DNA of 64,000 nucleotides from assembly GCA_965227295.1 (NCBI GenBank), contig OZ245742.1, positions 736,001-800,000 of the forward strand, written 5' to 3'. Of this stretch, positions 1 to 9,393 are shown one piece after another. A program made the position numbers and the translations under genes. This stretch comes from Leptonemataceae bacterium (GTDB lineage Bacteria; Spirochaetota; Leptospiria; Leptospirales; Leptonemataceae). The notes beneath the pieces were generated by a model. That model ran no database searches. It worked only from the letters and a program-made list of their open reading frames with translations, and was not told the origin of the DNA. Each line of letters begins with the position of its first letter. Position 1 is the first letter of the stretch.

Positions 1-106
1 TAACGGAGACATCGGCATACTTCAAGGTACGGGTGACGACTTCGTAGATGGTTTCTTCTTCGTTGTGCGCCGGAATGACGACCAGGCGCTTAGCGGAATC
101 AGCCAT
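1..106 (-). CDS. GT2 family glycosyltransferase, N-terminal part (runs off window edge)
   Basis: Manual translation from ATG at 106: MADSAKRLVVIPAHNEEETIYEVV..., the typical GT2 start motif VVIPxxNEE. Confidence 0.8.
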   Translation of the reverse strand, partial: MADSAKRLVVIPAHNEEETIYEVVTRTLKYADVSV

Positions 107-216
107 AGGACGACCGGTCTATCATTTCCGCGTTCGACCGCAAGCGATTTCGCGAGCGCAATCGAACGGCCGCGATAGTTGTTGCGCGGAAAGCGCTTCG
201 CCGTGAAACGGGAAGC

Positions 217-2613
217 ATGCAGGCGATTACCGTATTGGCCGGCGTCTACGACGCGAAAGTCTTTCGCGCCTGCATTCACCCGGAGGTGGAAAGCGAGGAT
301 GCCCTCCACGACTTTCCGGAGGCCTGGCATCTGGAATCCGCGCCGCGCTTTGAGCGCATCTCCGCGCACCGCGACGCCCAGGGCATGATCCAGTGCAAAA
401 AACGCGGCCTCAAGTTCTTCTACGATCCACCCACCGGTAACTTCAATCTCCTGGACGGCCGCGGAGCCATCGTCAGCGGCATGCTGCAAACAGGAAAGTT
501 CGGCGACGCCCTCTTCCAGGTGCGCCTGGAACCCGAGGACCACGTCTACGGATTCGGTGCCGCCACGGGCAAGGAAAACCGCAACGAGCAGAGCTTTCGG
601 CTCATGAACCTCGACACCATCTTCGGCACCATTCCGAAGCGTAACTACTCCAGCTTTCCGTTTTTTCTGATTCGTCGATCTTCCGGTGCTTTCGTCGGCT
701 TGTTCTTGAACACGACGCTACCCTGCGACGTGCGCATCGATAGCCGAGACGTCGTCGATGGCGAGATGACGGGAGCCTCCGGCGGCGCCGGTGTTCGCCT
801 GCGCCCGGATACCGGCGGTCCGGCGTGCACCATGGACTTCTTCGTTTTCTACGGCAGCCTCCCCGAAATCCTGCGCCACCACGCCGATCTCACCGGTCGC
901 CCGTATCTGCCGCCGGTATGGGCTCTCGGCTATCACCAGTCACGCTGGTCCTACAAAACCGAGGAACGTGTGATGCAGTTGGCCCGGCGGTTTCGCGAAA
1001 CCGGAGTCCCCTGCGACGCCATTCACCTCGACATTCATTACATGGACCGCTACATGGTCTTCACCTGGGATGCCAGGCGCTTCCCGAATCCCACCGGCAT
1101 GCATCGCCGCCTGGAAGATATGGGACTGCGCACGGTCGTCTTTAACGATCCCGGCGTCTCCACGCGGGAGTACGACGTCTACCGGGACGGCCTCGCGAAG
1201 GATGTCTATTGCAAACGTTCAGACGGTAACATCTACGTGGGGAAAGTCTGGCCCGGGGCGTCCGTTTTCCCGGACTTCAGCCGCGAAGACGTGCGGGACT
1301 GGTGGGCCGCCCGCCACGCTCCGATCCTGGGCGCGGGGGTTTCCGGCGTCTGCAACGATATGAACGATCCGGTGCTGCGCATCGGGAAGAACTACGACGG
1401 CGCGGCCGAGGACCTGGTGCACGCGGCGGGCAGCCACCGCGAAGTGCGCAACCTCTACGCGAACTACGAGGCCGAGGCCACCCACCGCGCATTCGCGGAA
1501 CATCGTCCGGGGGAGCGCCCGTTCGTACTCACACGTTCCGCCTTTACGGGCATCCAGAAGTACTCGGCGCTGTGGACCGGAGACAACCACAGCACCTGGG
1601 AGCATCTGCGCGAAAACCTGCATCAGGTACTGAACCTGGGTCTATCCGGCGTGCCGTTCACCGGCGCCGACGTCGGCGGTTTCTCCAGCGGTTTCATGCC
1701 GGGAACGTTGAAGGTCCTGAAGATCCGCAAGCAAAAGGAACTCTTCGCGCGCTGGATGGAACTGGGTTCGCTCATGCCCTTCTTCCGCGCCCATACCGCG
1801 CTCATGTCCTTCGACCAGGAGCCCTGGAGTTTCGGGGACGAGGTCCTGGACATCGCCCGCAAACACATCCGCCGACGCTATCATCTGCTGCCGTACATCT
1901 ACGGTTTGTTTTGTGAAAGCCATCGCAGCGGCGATCCCATCGTCCGCCCGCTGTTCTACGATTTTCCGGAGGTCTCACCAGGCGATTGCCACGATCAATT
2001 CATGCTCGGCCCGGCGTTGCTCGCGGCGCCGGTCACGGAACGCAGGGCGAAACGCCGCAAAGTTTTTCTGCCCGCCGGTTGCGATTGGTACGAGTACGAA
2101 ACCGGTCGGCGTTACGGCGGCGGGGAGACGTTCACGTTTCAGACGCGGCCGGGTTATTATCCGCTCTTTGTTCGCGCGGGTACGATCCTGCCGGTTTGTC
2201 CCGTCCGCGACAACGCGGAAACGAGCATGCACGCGGGCCTGGCCCTGGAAATCTATCCCGCCAAAAGCATGGCCGGCAACCTGTGCCTGGACGACGGAAC
2301 CACGACGGCGGCCATCGAAAAAAAACAATACTTCGAACAGCAGTACGCCGCGGAACAGGATCGCAACGGCGACATCCGGCTCACAATCGAAACGAGTCAC
2401 AAGAAATGGACGCCGCCTTACGGCGATCTGGAAATCCGCCTGCCGGCCGGCTACGGTTCCATGAAGGTTTCCGAGAAAGGCAAGGACAAGTTCTTCGAAG
2501 CCACGGCGGCCGACCTCACTCAGGACGACCGCATTGCCGCTATGAATTCGTTTCGCCTGCCGCTAACTTCTACTGAGGCGGAGTTTAAGTTCCAGGGCAA
2601 CCGGCCGGGATGA
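217..2613 (+). CDS. Glycoside hydrolase family 31 (alpha-glucosidase/xylosidase-like)
   Basis: Motifs LPPVWALGYHQSRWSY, DAIHLDIHY, NDMND nucleophile region, WTGDN, GADVGGF, PFFRAH, PIVRPLF. Confidence 0.92.
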   Translation: MQAITVLAGVYDAKVFRACIHPEVESEDALHDFPEAWHLESAPRFERISAHRDAQGMIQCKKRGLKFFYDPPTGNFNLLDGRGAIVSGMLQTGKFGDALFQVRLEPEDHVYGFGAATGKENRNEQSFRLMNLDTIFGTIPKRNYSSFPFFLIRRSSGAFVGLFLNTTLPCDVRIDSRDVVDGEMTGASGGAGVRLRPDTGGPACTMDFFVFYGSLPEILRHHADLTGRPYLPPVWALGYHQSRWSYKTEERVMQLARRFRETGVPCDAIHLDIHYMDRYMVFTWDARRFPNPTGMHRRLEDMGLRTVVFNDPGVSTREYDVYRDGLAKDVYCKRSDGNIYVGKVWPGASVFPDFSREDVRDWWAARHAPILGAGVSGVCNDMNDPVLRIGKNYDGAAEDLVHAAGSHREVRNLYANYEAEATHRAFAEHRPGERPFVLTRSAFTGIQKYSALWTGDNHSTWEHLRENLHQVLNLGLSGVPFTGADVGGFSSGFMPGTLKVLKIRKQKELFARWMELGSLMPFFRAHTALMSFDQEPWSFGDEVLDIARKHIRRRYHLLPYIYGLFCESHRSGDPIVRPLFYDFPEVSPGDCHDQFMLGPALLAAPVTERRAKRRKVFLPAGCDWYEYETGRRYGGGETFTFQTRPGYYPLFVRAGTILPVCPVRDNAETSMHAGLALEIYPAKSMAGNLCLDDGTTTAAIEKKQYFEQQYAAEQDRNGDIRLTIETSHKKWTPPYGDLEIRLPAGYGSMKVSEKGKDKFFEATAADLTQDDRIAAMNSFRLPLTSTEAEFKFQGNRPG

Positions 2614-2710
2614 TCCTGGCGTTGCGTTCGGTCGCTCATGCACAGCATGGCGACGGGCGATCCGTATTTCGTTCACGAACCGAATCTAAGTGTAAATATA
2701 TTTAAGTTAG

Positions 2711-2825
2711 TTTGGGCGCGTCGGCGCTTCGCGCCGACCGGGCTGCTTCGGGCTCGCTAATCGCTCGGCCTCGCGCCTCCGGCGCGAGTCGGCCGCTGCG
2801 CGGCCCCCTGCCCATCCCTCGCGCG
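2711..2825 (-). repeat. Dispersed structured repeat (Flavo-1-like), reverse copy
   Basis: Reverse strand reads AGGGAT...GAGCCCGAAGCAGCCCGG-hairpin-CGCCCAAA; near-identical start to 41585-41687. Confidence 0.7.
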
Positions 2826-2850
2826 AAGAGGCCGTGCCGCGAACCACCAG

Positions 2851-2968
2851 CGCCAGGGATGCGAAGGGTTGCGCGCAGCGCAATTCCGAGCGAAGCGAGG
2901 AACGAGCGCGAATGCGCGAGCCCGTAGCAGCCCGACCGCCGCCGAAGGCGGCGGGGGCGCCCAAAAAA
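2851..2968 (+). repeat. Dispersed structured repeat (Flavo-1-like), forward copy
   Basis: CGCCAGGGATGCGAAGGG...GAGCCCGTAGCAGCCCGAC-hairpin-GGCGCCCAAAA. Confidence 0.7.
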
Positions 2969-3055
2969 ATACCTGAGCGATTCCCTTGCTATTCGGGCCA
3001 TGTCAGTACATCAGATCGCCCGTCGCCATGCGCAGCATGAGCGGCGACCTTCTGC

Positions 3056-3907
3056 TTAAGCGCTGCGGGAGTTCTTAATTTCGGAAATGAGTTCGCTGAT
3101 CTGCCGCACGCGGCCCAGGGCGCGGCCGCTCAACGCGGGGTAACGTTTGGAAACGTCGCGAAACAGCACCTGGACTCGTGCCAGCTCGCCGATGTAGTCG
3201 CGGATCCAGGAGGTCTTGAATTTATTCGAACGACGATCGAAGCGACGCACGGTTTCCCGCAAGGCCGCCTCGGCGCGAGCGAAGTACTCCACGGCCTGGT
3301 CGTAGGGATGATCCGGGAAGTCGTCCCCGTCGCGCCGGCGAAAAGCCTTTTCGAAGAGCTCGTCCTCGGGACGTTTCTGCTTCGGCCGATACTCGCGGAC
3401 GTTCGAGTGTTTGCCGTAGACGTAGGTCTCTTCGTCGTCGCCCCAGATCATGCCGGAGAGATTTACGTAAACATCTCCCAGGGGAGAGTTAAGATCTGGT
3501 TCCGTGAAGATGGTGCGGTACTGTTTGCGGACGGAGTCGAAACCGCCGCGGCCGTGCTCGTAGCCGGCTTCCTGTGCGCGGCGCAGGCTTTCGTAGATGG
3601 GGTTCGGCCGCGCCGGGCCGTCGGGGCCGTGGGGCCCGCCGCTGCGCGTGGTGCCACCGGGACGACGCCGGCTTTGCTGCTGCGGAGCCGGGCGCGGAGC
3701 CGCCGGCCGCGCGGGTACGCCTTTTTTGAAAACGCTGTAGGCTTCGATTAAGAGCTGTGCCTGATCACCGGCGGCGGTGGCGCCGGCGGTGTCCGGGTGA
3801 TGCTGTTTGATGCGCGAACGAAACGCGCGCTTCACGGTTTCCGCGCTGTCCCCGGAGGTCACACCCAGGATGCGGCAGTACTCTTCGTATTTTTGAATAT
3901 CCTGCAT
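3056..3907 (-). CDS. DnaJ (J-domain) containing protein
   Basis: N-terminal ILGV...VKRAFRSRIKQHHPD with HPD motif; no Zn-finger region. Confidence 0.85.
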   Translation of the reverse strand: MQDIQKYEEYCRILGVTSGDSAETVKRAFRSRIKQHHPDTAGATAAGDQAQLLIEAYSVFKKGVPARPAAPRPAPQQQSRRRPGGTTRSGGPHGPDGPARPNPIYESLRRAQEAGYEHGRGGFDSVRKQYRTIFTEPDLNSPLGDVYVNLSGMIWGDDEETYVYGKHSNVREYRPKQKRPEDELFEKAFRRRDGDDFPDHPYDQAVEYFARAEAALRETVRRFDRRSNKFKTSWIRDYIGELARVQVLFRDVSKRYPALSGRALGRVRQISELISEIKNSRSA

Positions 3908-3936
3908 TGACAAACGTGCCGGCGAAAGCGGCTGTC

Positions 3937-4368
3937 TTAAATATCGTCAGATTCGTCGAAAAACTCGTCCCCGGAATATTCGGAATCCCGGCGCTCCGCG
4001 ATTTTCGCCGCGTTGCGGAACATTCTGAAGAAGAAAAATCCCGCGACAATCAGGAAAACGAGGAACAACAGAAAAGACGCAGCCGCCGGATGGCCGAGCA
4101 GCCAGCTCAGAAACTGGTACGCACCCAGCGCCAGGAACCACACGGCAATGAACAAAAACGCCATGCCCAGGCTGAACGTGAGAAAAACGTAAAACGCGAG
4201 CCGCGCGCGGTACTTAGATTCTTCCGAAAGAAAGGCACGCAACGACGCGCCCCAGTTTCGAAAATCCAGGACCATCGCGAAGAAATTTTCGAAGAGCGGA
4301 TAGTACTCCCGCACCACGTAAGATCGCGGCTCGTCGACCTCGTCTTCTTCTCTGAACCGGCGCCGCAC
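3937..4368 (-). CDS. Small two-TM membrane protein (YqjE/holin-like partner of DUF883)
   Basis: Two long hydrophobic segments; directly downstream of the DUF883-like gene. Confidence 0.6.
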   Translation of the reverse strand: MRRRFREEDEVDEPRSYVVREYYPLFENFFAMVLDFRNWGASLRAFLSEESKYRARLAFYVFLTFSLGMAFLFIAVWFLALGAYQFLSWLLGHPAAASFLLFLVFLIVAGFFFFRMFRNAAKIAERRDSEYSGDEFFDESDDI

Positions 4369-4377
4369 GTTGGGGAA

Positions 4378-4644
4378 TTATTTTCCGCGCATGAGCATGC
4401 CGAGGATGAGGCCGGCACCGAGACCTGCCGCCCCGGCGATAAGCGCGGCCCGCTGCGGATTTTCGTTGCAGTACTGCGCCATGGACTCAAGCACTTCGGC
4501 GCCCTGATCCTTGTAGACCTGGCCTTTCTCGCGCAGATCTTTCAGTGTCGCCGCCGCTTTGTTCTGGAGTTCGACAACGTCTTCTTTCAAAGATTGCACC
4601 GTGTCACGCAGACGCATTTCTTCGTTCATATCGGATTCAGCCAT
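4378..4644 (-). CDS. DUF883/ElaB/YqjD-like tail-anchored protein
   Basis: Helical body plus C-terminal ENPQRAALIAGAAGLGAGLILG tail; start taken at MAESD. Confidence 0.75.
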   Translation of the reverse strand: MAESDMNEEMRLRDTVQSLKEDVVELQNKAAATLKDLREKGQVYKDQGAEVLESMAQYCNENPQRAALIAGAAGLGAGLILGMLMRGK

Positions 4645-4645
4645 A

Positions 4646-5593
4646 TCAATATTCTCCTGTGTCGTCGGGTACCTGGATGCCGTCGATTTCAATCGAGCCG
4701 CCGACGGTGTCGCTGCGCTGACCGGCGTACCGGTACTGTTCGCCGAGCAATTGCACGCTCACGGCTCCCATCAGCCCGGCGTAGAACGGCATCGTCAACA
4801 GTATGCCTGCACCGCAGCAAACGTAACCCACGATGAGGACCGCGTTGGCCGCGGCGTGGGCAACAACCAATCGCAGCGAAGCGGCACCGCTCATGCGCCA
4901 GGAATGCACCATGGACTCGATGATGTGTTCTTCCCGTTCGAGGATGAGAGGGTACACGACACTGAAGCGGCCGTCGAGATAAAAACCGGCCGGGAAAATC
5001 AGCAGTGCCAGGATGCCGGTAATCGTCGTGGCCAGATCCTCGTTTTCGCCGAGGTATTCGTCGGTCAAGAGGACCGCCATGCCAAGGACAGCCGGCAAAA
5101 ACGTGATCGTAATGAGGCAGAACTTGAGCAGATAGATGAGCAATGCGGCAGAGAAGACCCGGACGAAGCGCCGGAAGCCCAGGAACAGATCCTCGACAAC
5201 GCCCTTCCGGCGGACCGTACCGATGCCGAACATTTGCACTCCGGCGAAGAGAACCTGTAACAGGCCGTAACTGCCCACCCCGGCAATGAAGACTCCCAGA
5301 ATAAACAGGAGCGCGGCCGTATCGTCCACGCCGGCGACGGCCACCCCGATGACCGCGGCGTAAAAGGCGATGACCACCACGGCCAGCACGGAATGGAAGA
5401 TGATCGCAAGGATGAGTCCCGAGGAAAAATTCTTCCATGAGGCGTCCCAGGCCAGGCGGAAGGATTCGGTGAGCGAAAAACGGCCGATGGGAACTCCCGT
5501 GGCCTCAAAAGCCGTCTCCGAGGGGGCGTAGAGGTCGTTCAGGCTATCACTGTCGGGCCTGGAATCGGGCTGATCGGGGGGATGGGGCTTCAT
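4646..5593 (-). CDS. Multi-pass membrane protein (DUF975-like)
   Basis: Several TM helices; DLFLGFRRF and SMVHSWRM motifs. Confidence 0.6.
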   Translation of the reverse strand: MKPHPPDQPDSRPDSDSLNDLYAPSETAFEATGVPIGRFSLTESFRLAWDASWKNFSSGLILAIIFHSVLAVVVIAFYAAVIGVAVAGVDDTAALLFILGVFIAGVGSYGLLQVLFAGVQMFGIGTVRRKGVVEDLFLGFRRFVRVFSAALLIYLLKFCLITITFLPAVLGMAVLLTDEYLGENEDLATTITGILALLIFPAGFYLDGRFSVVYPLILEREEHIIESMVHSWRMSGAASLRLVVAHAAANAVLIVGYVCCGAGILLTMPFYAGLMGAVSVQLLGEQYRYAGQRSDTVGGSIEIDGIQVPDDTGEY

Positions 5594-5777
5594 CGCTGGG
5601 GCTCCACTGGATCGCAGCCGTTCCGTGTAAGCGATTTCTTTTTCGCACTTTTTCTCAGATTGGAGTCGCCGGTGTTCCGATATTCTGGTTGATTCATGAT
5701 GCGGCGCACAAAAACTGGCCGTTGCGGAGTTCTTCGCATAATACTCACGGAACTCCCCTCACAGGAACCCTACATTT

Positions 5778-7313
5778 ATGGACCGAATTCTGATCTGGTT
5801 GGCCCACGCCCTGGAACGACGTCTGGATGCCCATGCCCGGCGCAGCATGCCCGGTCATTCGCGGAGGGCCGGCTCGAAACTGCTGCTCCTGCTCATCTTA
5901 CTGCCTGCCCTGCTCGGCGGGGCGCTGTCCATGAAGCCGATTCTCGAATCGAAGATGCAGCAACGACTCAGTCCGGCGGAAATCGCCGAGCGCGAGGCCC
6001 TGGCCGCGTACCGGGCAGGTTTCCCGGAGGGCGCCATCGTCACCGCAAACGGCCGAAACGAAACGTTGCGGCACCGCTGCGGGGATTCCGGCGTGAGCGC
6101 CGATAGCCTGGCGCGGTCGTACTACGATTTCAGCGCCATCTTCCAGCGCAGCGAACTGAGCGAGGAACTGCGCTCCCGGAATCCCCACGCCTTCGACGAG
6201 CGCGGTCGCTGCCGGGACGGGGCCGAAGTCGCGATTCCGCAACCGTTGCTCGGGCCGCTGCGGAACAAACCGCTGGGCATCGATATCCTCTCGCGTCCGG
6301 TGGAAGCCGTCTACATGCGAGGCGAGAACTTTCGGCCCGGCCGCGTGGGCCGCGAACTGGCTCGCCTCCGGGAGATCGGCGCGAACGGCGTGGTCTTCGA
6401 CGTAAAAGACATCCTCGGTGTCGTGAACTATCGCTCCCGGGTCGAAGAAGTGGAACGTTATCGCCGCCACCAACCGCCCATTGAAAATCTTGAAAAGACC
6501 ATTCAATATTTGCACTCGCAAGACATCTACGTCATTGCCCGCATGGCGCTGTTCCAGGACGAGAACCTGGCAATTCGCCGTCCGGACCTGGCCATCAAAG
6601 ACCGCGGCGCGCCCGGGGGAATCCTCCTCGTGAAAGGCAAGCCGCTGTGGGTGGACGCCGGCCGGCCCGAGGTTCACAACTACAACCTGAAGATCGTCCG
6701 GGAACTCGTGGAGCTGGGCGTGGACGAGATTCAATTCGACTACGTGCGCTACCCGGCCGAAGGCGATCTTGCGCAGGTGGTGTATCACAATCTGCCCGAC
6801 GCCGCGCACAAGACCGATCACCTGGTCGCCTTTCTTTCCGGCGCCTGGATGATGACCCGTTTCACCGGCGTGAATATCGGTATTGATATTTTCGGCATTG
6901 TTGCCTGGGGTGAGGAAGTGGACGTGCGCGCCACCGGCCAGCGCATTGAACGCCTGACCGCGTTTGTGGACGTGGTCTCGCCGATGCTGTATCCGTCGCA
7001 CTTCAACAAGGGCTTCGACGGCTTCGAGAACCCGGCAGACGAAGGTTATCATTTTTACTACCAGGGCGTGAAACGTGTCCTGGAGAAGAGCGCGAAACAG
7101 GCCATCGTCGTGCGGCCGTGGCTGCAGGCCTTTCGCTGGCGCGTAAATAACTACAACGAACAGTACATTCGCGACCAGATCCGCGGCAGCAACGCCGGCG
7201 GCGGCCTGGGCTGGATGATGTGGAACGCTTCCAATGATTACGATATCGTTTATCGCGCCCTGCGCAAGCACGCACTGACCGGGACGGAAGAGCGCAGGTC
7301 GGACAGGATTTAA
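5778..7313 (+). CDS. Putative glycoside hydrolase (DUF4015-like TIM barrel) with N-terminal anchor
   Basis: VVFDVKD, IYVIARMALFQD, DEIQFDYVRYP, SPMLYPSHF, RPWLQAF, WMMWN motifs. Confidence 0.82.
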   Translation: MDRILIWLAHALERRLDAHARRSMPGHSRRAGSKLLLLLILLPALLGGALSMKPILESKMQQRLSPAEIAEREALAAYRAGFPEGAIVTANGRNETLRHRCGDSGVSADSLARSYYDFSAIFQRSELSEELRSRNPHAFDERGRCRDGAEVAIPQPLLGPLRNKPLGIDILSRPVEAVYMRGENFRPGRVGRELARLREIGANGVVFDVKDILGVVNYRSRVEEVERYRRHQPPIENLEKTIQYLHSQDIYVIARMALFQDENLAIRRPDLAIKDRGAPGGILLVKGKPLWVDAGRPEVHNYNLKIVRELVELGVDEIQFDYVRYPAEGDLAQVVYHNLPDAAHKTDHLVAFLSGAWMMTRFTGVNIGIDIFGIVAWGEEVDVRATGQRIERLTAFVDVVSPMLYPSHFNKGFDGFENPADEGYHFYYQGVKRVLEKSAKQAIVVRPWLQAFRWRVNNYNEQYIRDQIRGSNAGGGLGWMMWNASNDYDIVYRALRKHALTGTEERRSDRI

Positions 7314-7339
7314 TATTGGCGGCGAGAGGTTCTCACAGG

Positions 7340-8569
7340 ATGATGTCCTTTGCGATGTCCGAATCTCCCGCCGACAGCAGCGTGCGCGCGGTGCAAAGCG
7401 TCGTGCCGTTCTTTCAGCCGATCCTGTCGGTTGCGAACGGCCGAATCTACGGCTACGAGGTCTTGAGCCGGTTTCAGGACCCGGAGTCCGGCGAGTACCG
7501 GTCCATGGGCGCCTTCTTCCACGACGAAGAGCGCTCCGACGCGGAGAAACTCGCCGTGGATCGCCAGGTCCGGGCGTCGGCCTTTCGGGAGTTCCGGCGC
7601 AGCGGCATCGACAGCCGGCTCTTTGTAAACATCCATCCGTCCTGGATCTTCGATTTCCACGATTCCGAGGACGTCTTTCCCACGATCCGCCTGCTCGAAG
7701 AGACCGGCATCTCCGGGGAAAACATCGTCATCGAAATTACCGAACAACGGTTTCACGACTCGGACTTCGAGTTCTTGAATCGTTTGATCGATCGTTACCG
7801 CGCTCAGGGTATGAAGATCGCCATCGATGACTTCAGCTTTCCGAACTTCGATCGATTGATCGATCTCAAACCGGACTTCGTGAAAGTAGACATCCAGTTG
7901 GTCCGTAAGAGCGCGGAGAACGAGGACTATAAGCGGCTCATCCGCTACATATCGACCTTCTGCCAGGAACTGGGCATCGCCGTAATCTTCGAAGGCGTGG
8001 AATCGGTGCACGAGTTGGAAAATTCCATTGAGGCCGGCGGTTCGTTCATGCAGGGTTTCCTGTTTTCCGGGGCGCAGCCGGAGTTCCAACCGGTAGAAAG
8101 GTACGCCAGGGAGATCGAGTTCGGCCTCAATAACGTCATCTATCGTTCGTTACATTACTCTCAGAATATCTTAAAGATCGAACAGTCCATGAATCGTTAC
8201 CTGGCCATGGTCATTGAGCGGGAGCAGTTGTTCCGCCGCTCGAACCTGGACGATGCGATCAACAAAATCGTACCGTTTTTGCCGCCGCAGTGTTTTCGCG
8301 CCTTCGTCTGCGATGCCTTCGGCAAACAACGTTCTTCGAACTTTACGAAGAGCGACGGCGGCGAGTTTCGGATTTACCCGGAGCACCGCGGCAAAAACTG
8401 GGGCTGGCGCCCGTATTTCTTCAACAACCTGGTGCGCATGAAGGAATGGGGCCGCGGCGTAATCTCCCATAAGTACGTGGACGTCGAAACGAAACGCCAG
8501 TGCCTCACGTTTTCGTTTCCCATCGGCGACGACCTCTACATCTTCGTGGACTTTACGGCCGAGCCGTAA
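7340..8569 (+). CDS. EAL domain protein with YkuI-type C-terminal domain
   Basis: FQPI, YEVLSR, FVNI, IEITE, DDF, VKVD, EGVE, QGFLF; C-terminal GKNWGWRPYF. Confidence 0.88.
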   Translation: MMSFAMSESPADSSVRAVQSVVPFFQPILSVANGRIYGYEVLSRFQDPESGEYRSMGAFFHDEERSDAEKLAVDRQVRASAFREFRRSGIDSRLFVNIHPSWIFDFHDSEDVFPTIRLLEETGISGENIVIEITEQRFHDSDFEFLNRLIDRYRAQGMKIAIDDFSFPNFDRLIDLKPDFVKVDIQLVRKSAENEDYKRLIRYISTFCQELGIAVIFEGVESVHELENSIEAGGSFMQGFLFSGAQPEFQPVERYAREIEFGLNNVIYRSLHYSQNILKIEQSMNRYLAMVIEREQLFRRSNLDDAINKIVPFLPPQCFRAFVCDAFGKQRSSNFTKSDGGEFRIYPEHRGKNWGWRPYFFNNLVRMKEWGRGVISHKYVDVETKRQCLTFSFPIGDDLYIFVDFTAEP

Positions 8570-8586
8570 CTCGTTAACTTTATCTC

Positions 8587-9384
8587 GTGCAAATCTTCGG
8601 AATTCTTAACGTAACGGAAGATTCGTTTTCCGACGGCGGCCTGTATCTCGCTCCGGAGCGCGCGATTGCGCAGGCCCGGGCGTTGCTCGCGGCCGGCGCG
8701 GATGTGCTGGATCTGGGCGCGGCGTCCTCGCATCCGGACGCAGCGTTTGTAGAACCGGCGGAGGAGATTCGCAGGCTGACTCCCGTACTCGATGCCCTGG
8801 CGGGCGCGGAACATGCGCGCGTTTCGGTGGATTCGTATCATCCGGAAGTGCAGCGTTTTGCCATCGAGCGCGGCGCCGAGTTCCTGAACGACATCAACGG
8901 CTTCGCAATCCCGGAGTTTTACCAGGAACTCGCGGCGGCGCGGTGCAAACTCGTGGCCATGCATTCGATCCAGCGCTCCGGTGTGGCCGATCGCGAGTAC
9001 GCCGACCCCGCGAAGATCTTCGACGACGTCTGCGCGTATTTCGAGCAGCGCCTGGGCGCGCTTACGAAAGCGGGCGTGGCGGAAGACCGCCTGATTGTGG
9101 ACCCGGGCATGGGCTTTTTTCTGGGGCGCGACGCCGGGGCGTCCACGGAAATGCTGCGGCGTTTGCCGGAGTTAAAGCAACGCTTCGGCCGGCCGGTGTT
9201 CGTCTCGGTTTCGCGGAAGTCGTTTTTGGGTTCGTTAACGGGACGGCCCGCAAGCGAACGCGGCGCAGGAACGCTGGCCGCGGAGTTGTATGCCACGTTC
9301 GTCGGCGGTGTCGACTTTGTGCGCACGCATGATGTGGGGGCGTTGGTGGATGGCTTGAAGGTGTGGAACCATATCGACGGTTGA
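8587..9384 (+). CDS. folP: Dihydropteroate synthase, Sul-like (carries GFFLG insertion motif)
   Basis: GILNVTEDSFSDGG, DLGAASSHP, LNDI, MHS, DPGMGFFLG, SRKSFL, RTHD. Confidence 0.93.
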   Translation: MQIFGILNVTEDSFSDGGLYLAPERAIAQARALLAAGADVLDLGAASSHPDAAFVEPAEEIRRLTPVLDALAGAEHARVSVDSYHPEVQRFAIERGAEFLNDINGFAIPEFYQELAAARCKLVAMHSIQRSGVADREYADPAKIFDDVCAYFEQRLGALTKAGVAEDRLIVDPGMGFFLGRDAGASTEMLRRLPELKQRFGRPVFVSVSRKSFLGSLTGRPASERGAGTLAAELYATFVGGVDFVRTHDVGALVDGLKVWNHIDG

Positions 9385-9393
9385 TTGCTCGAT

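Noticed and set aside
2702-3040. Short Arg/Ala-rich ORFs over intergenic repeats (also 41540-41941, 58904-59306, 61040-61541)
   Set aside because: They coincide with GC-rich structured repeats and show no protein motifs
3907-5260. Long + strand ORFs (309 aa, 233 aa) and similar antisense ORFs such as 5898-7271, 12382-13368 and 61858-62826
   Set aside because: Shadow ORFs opposite well-supported genes, expected at high GC
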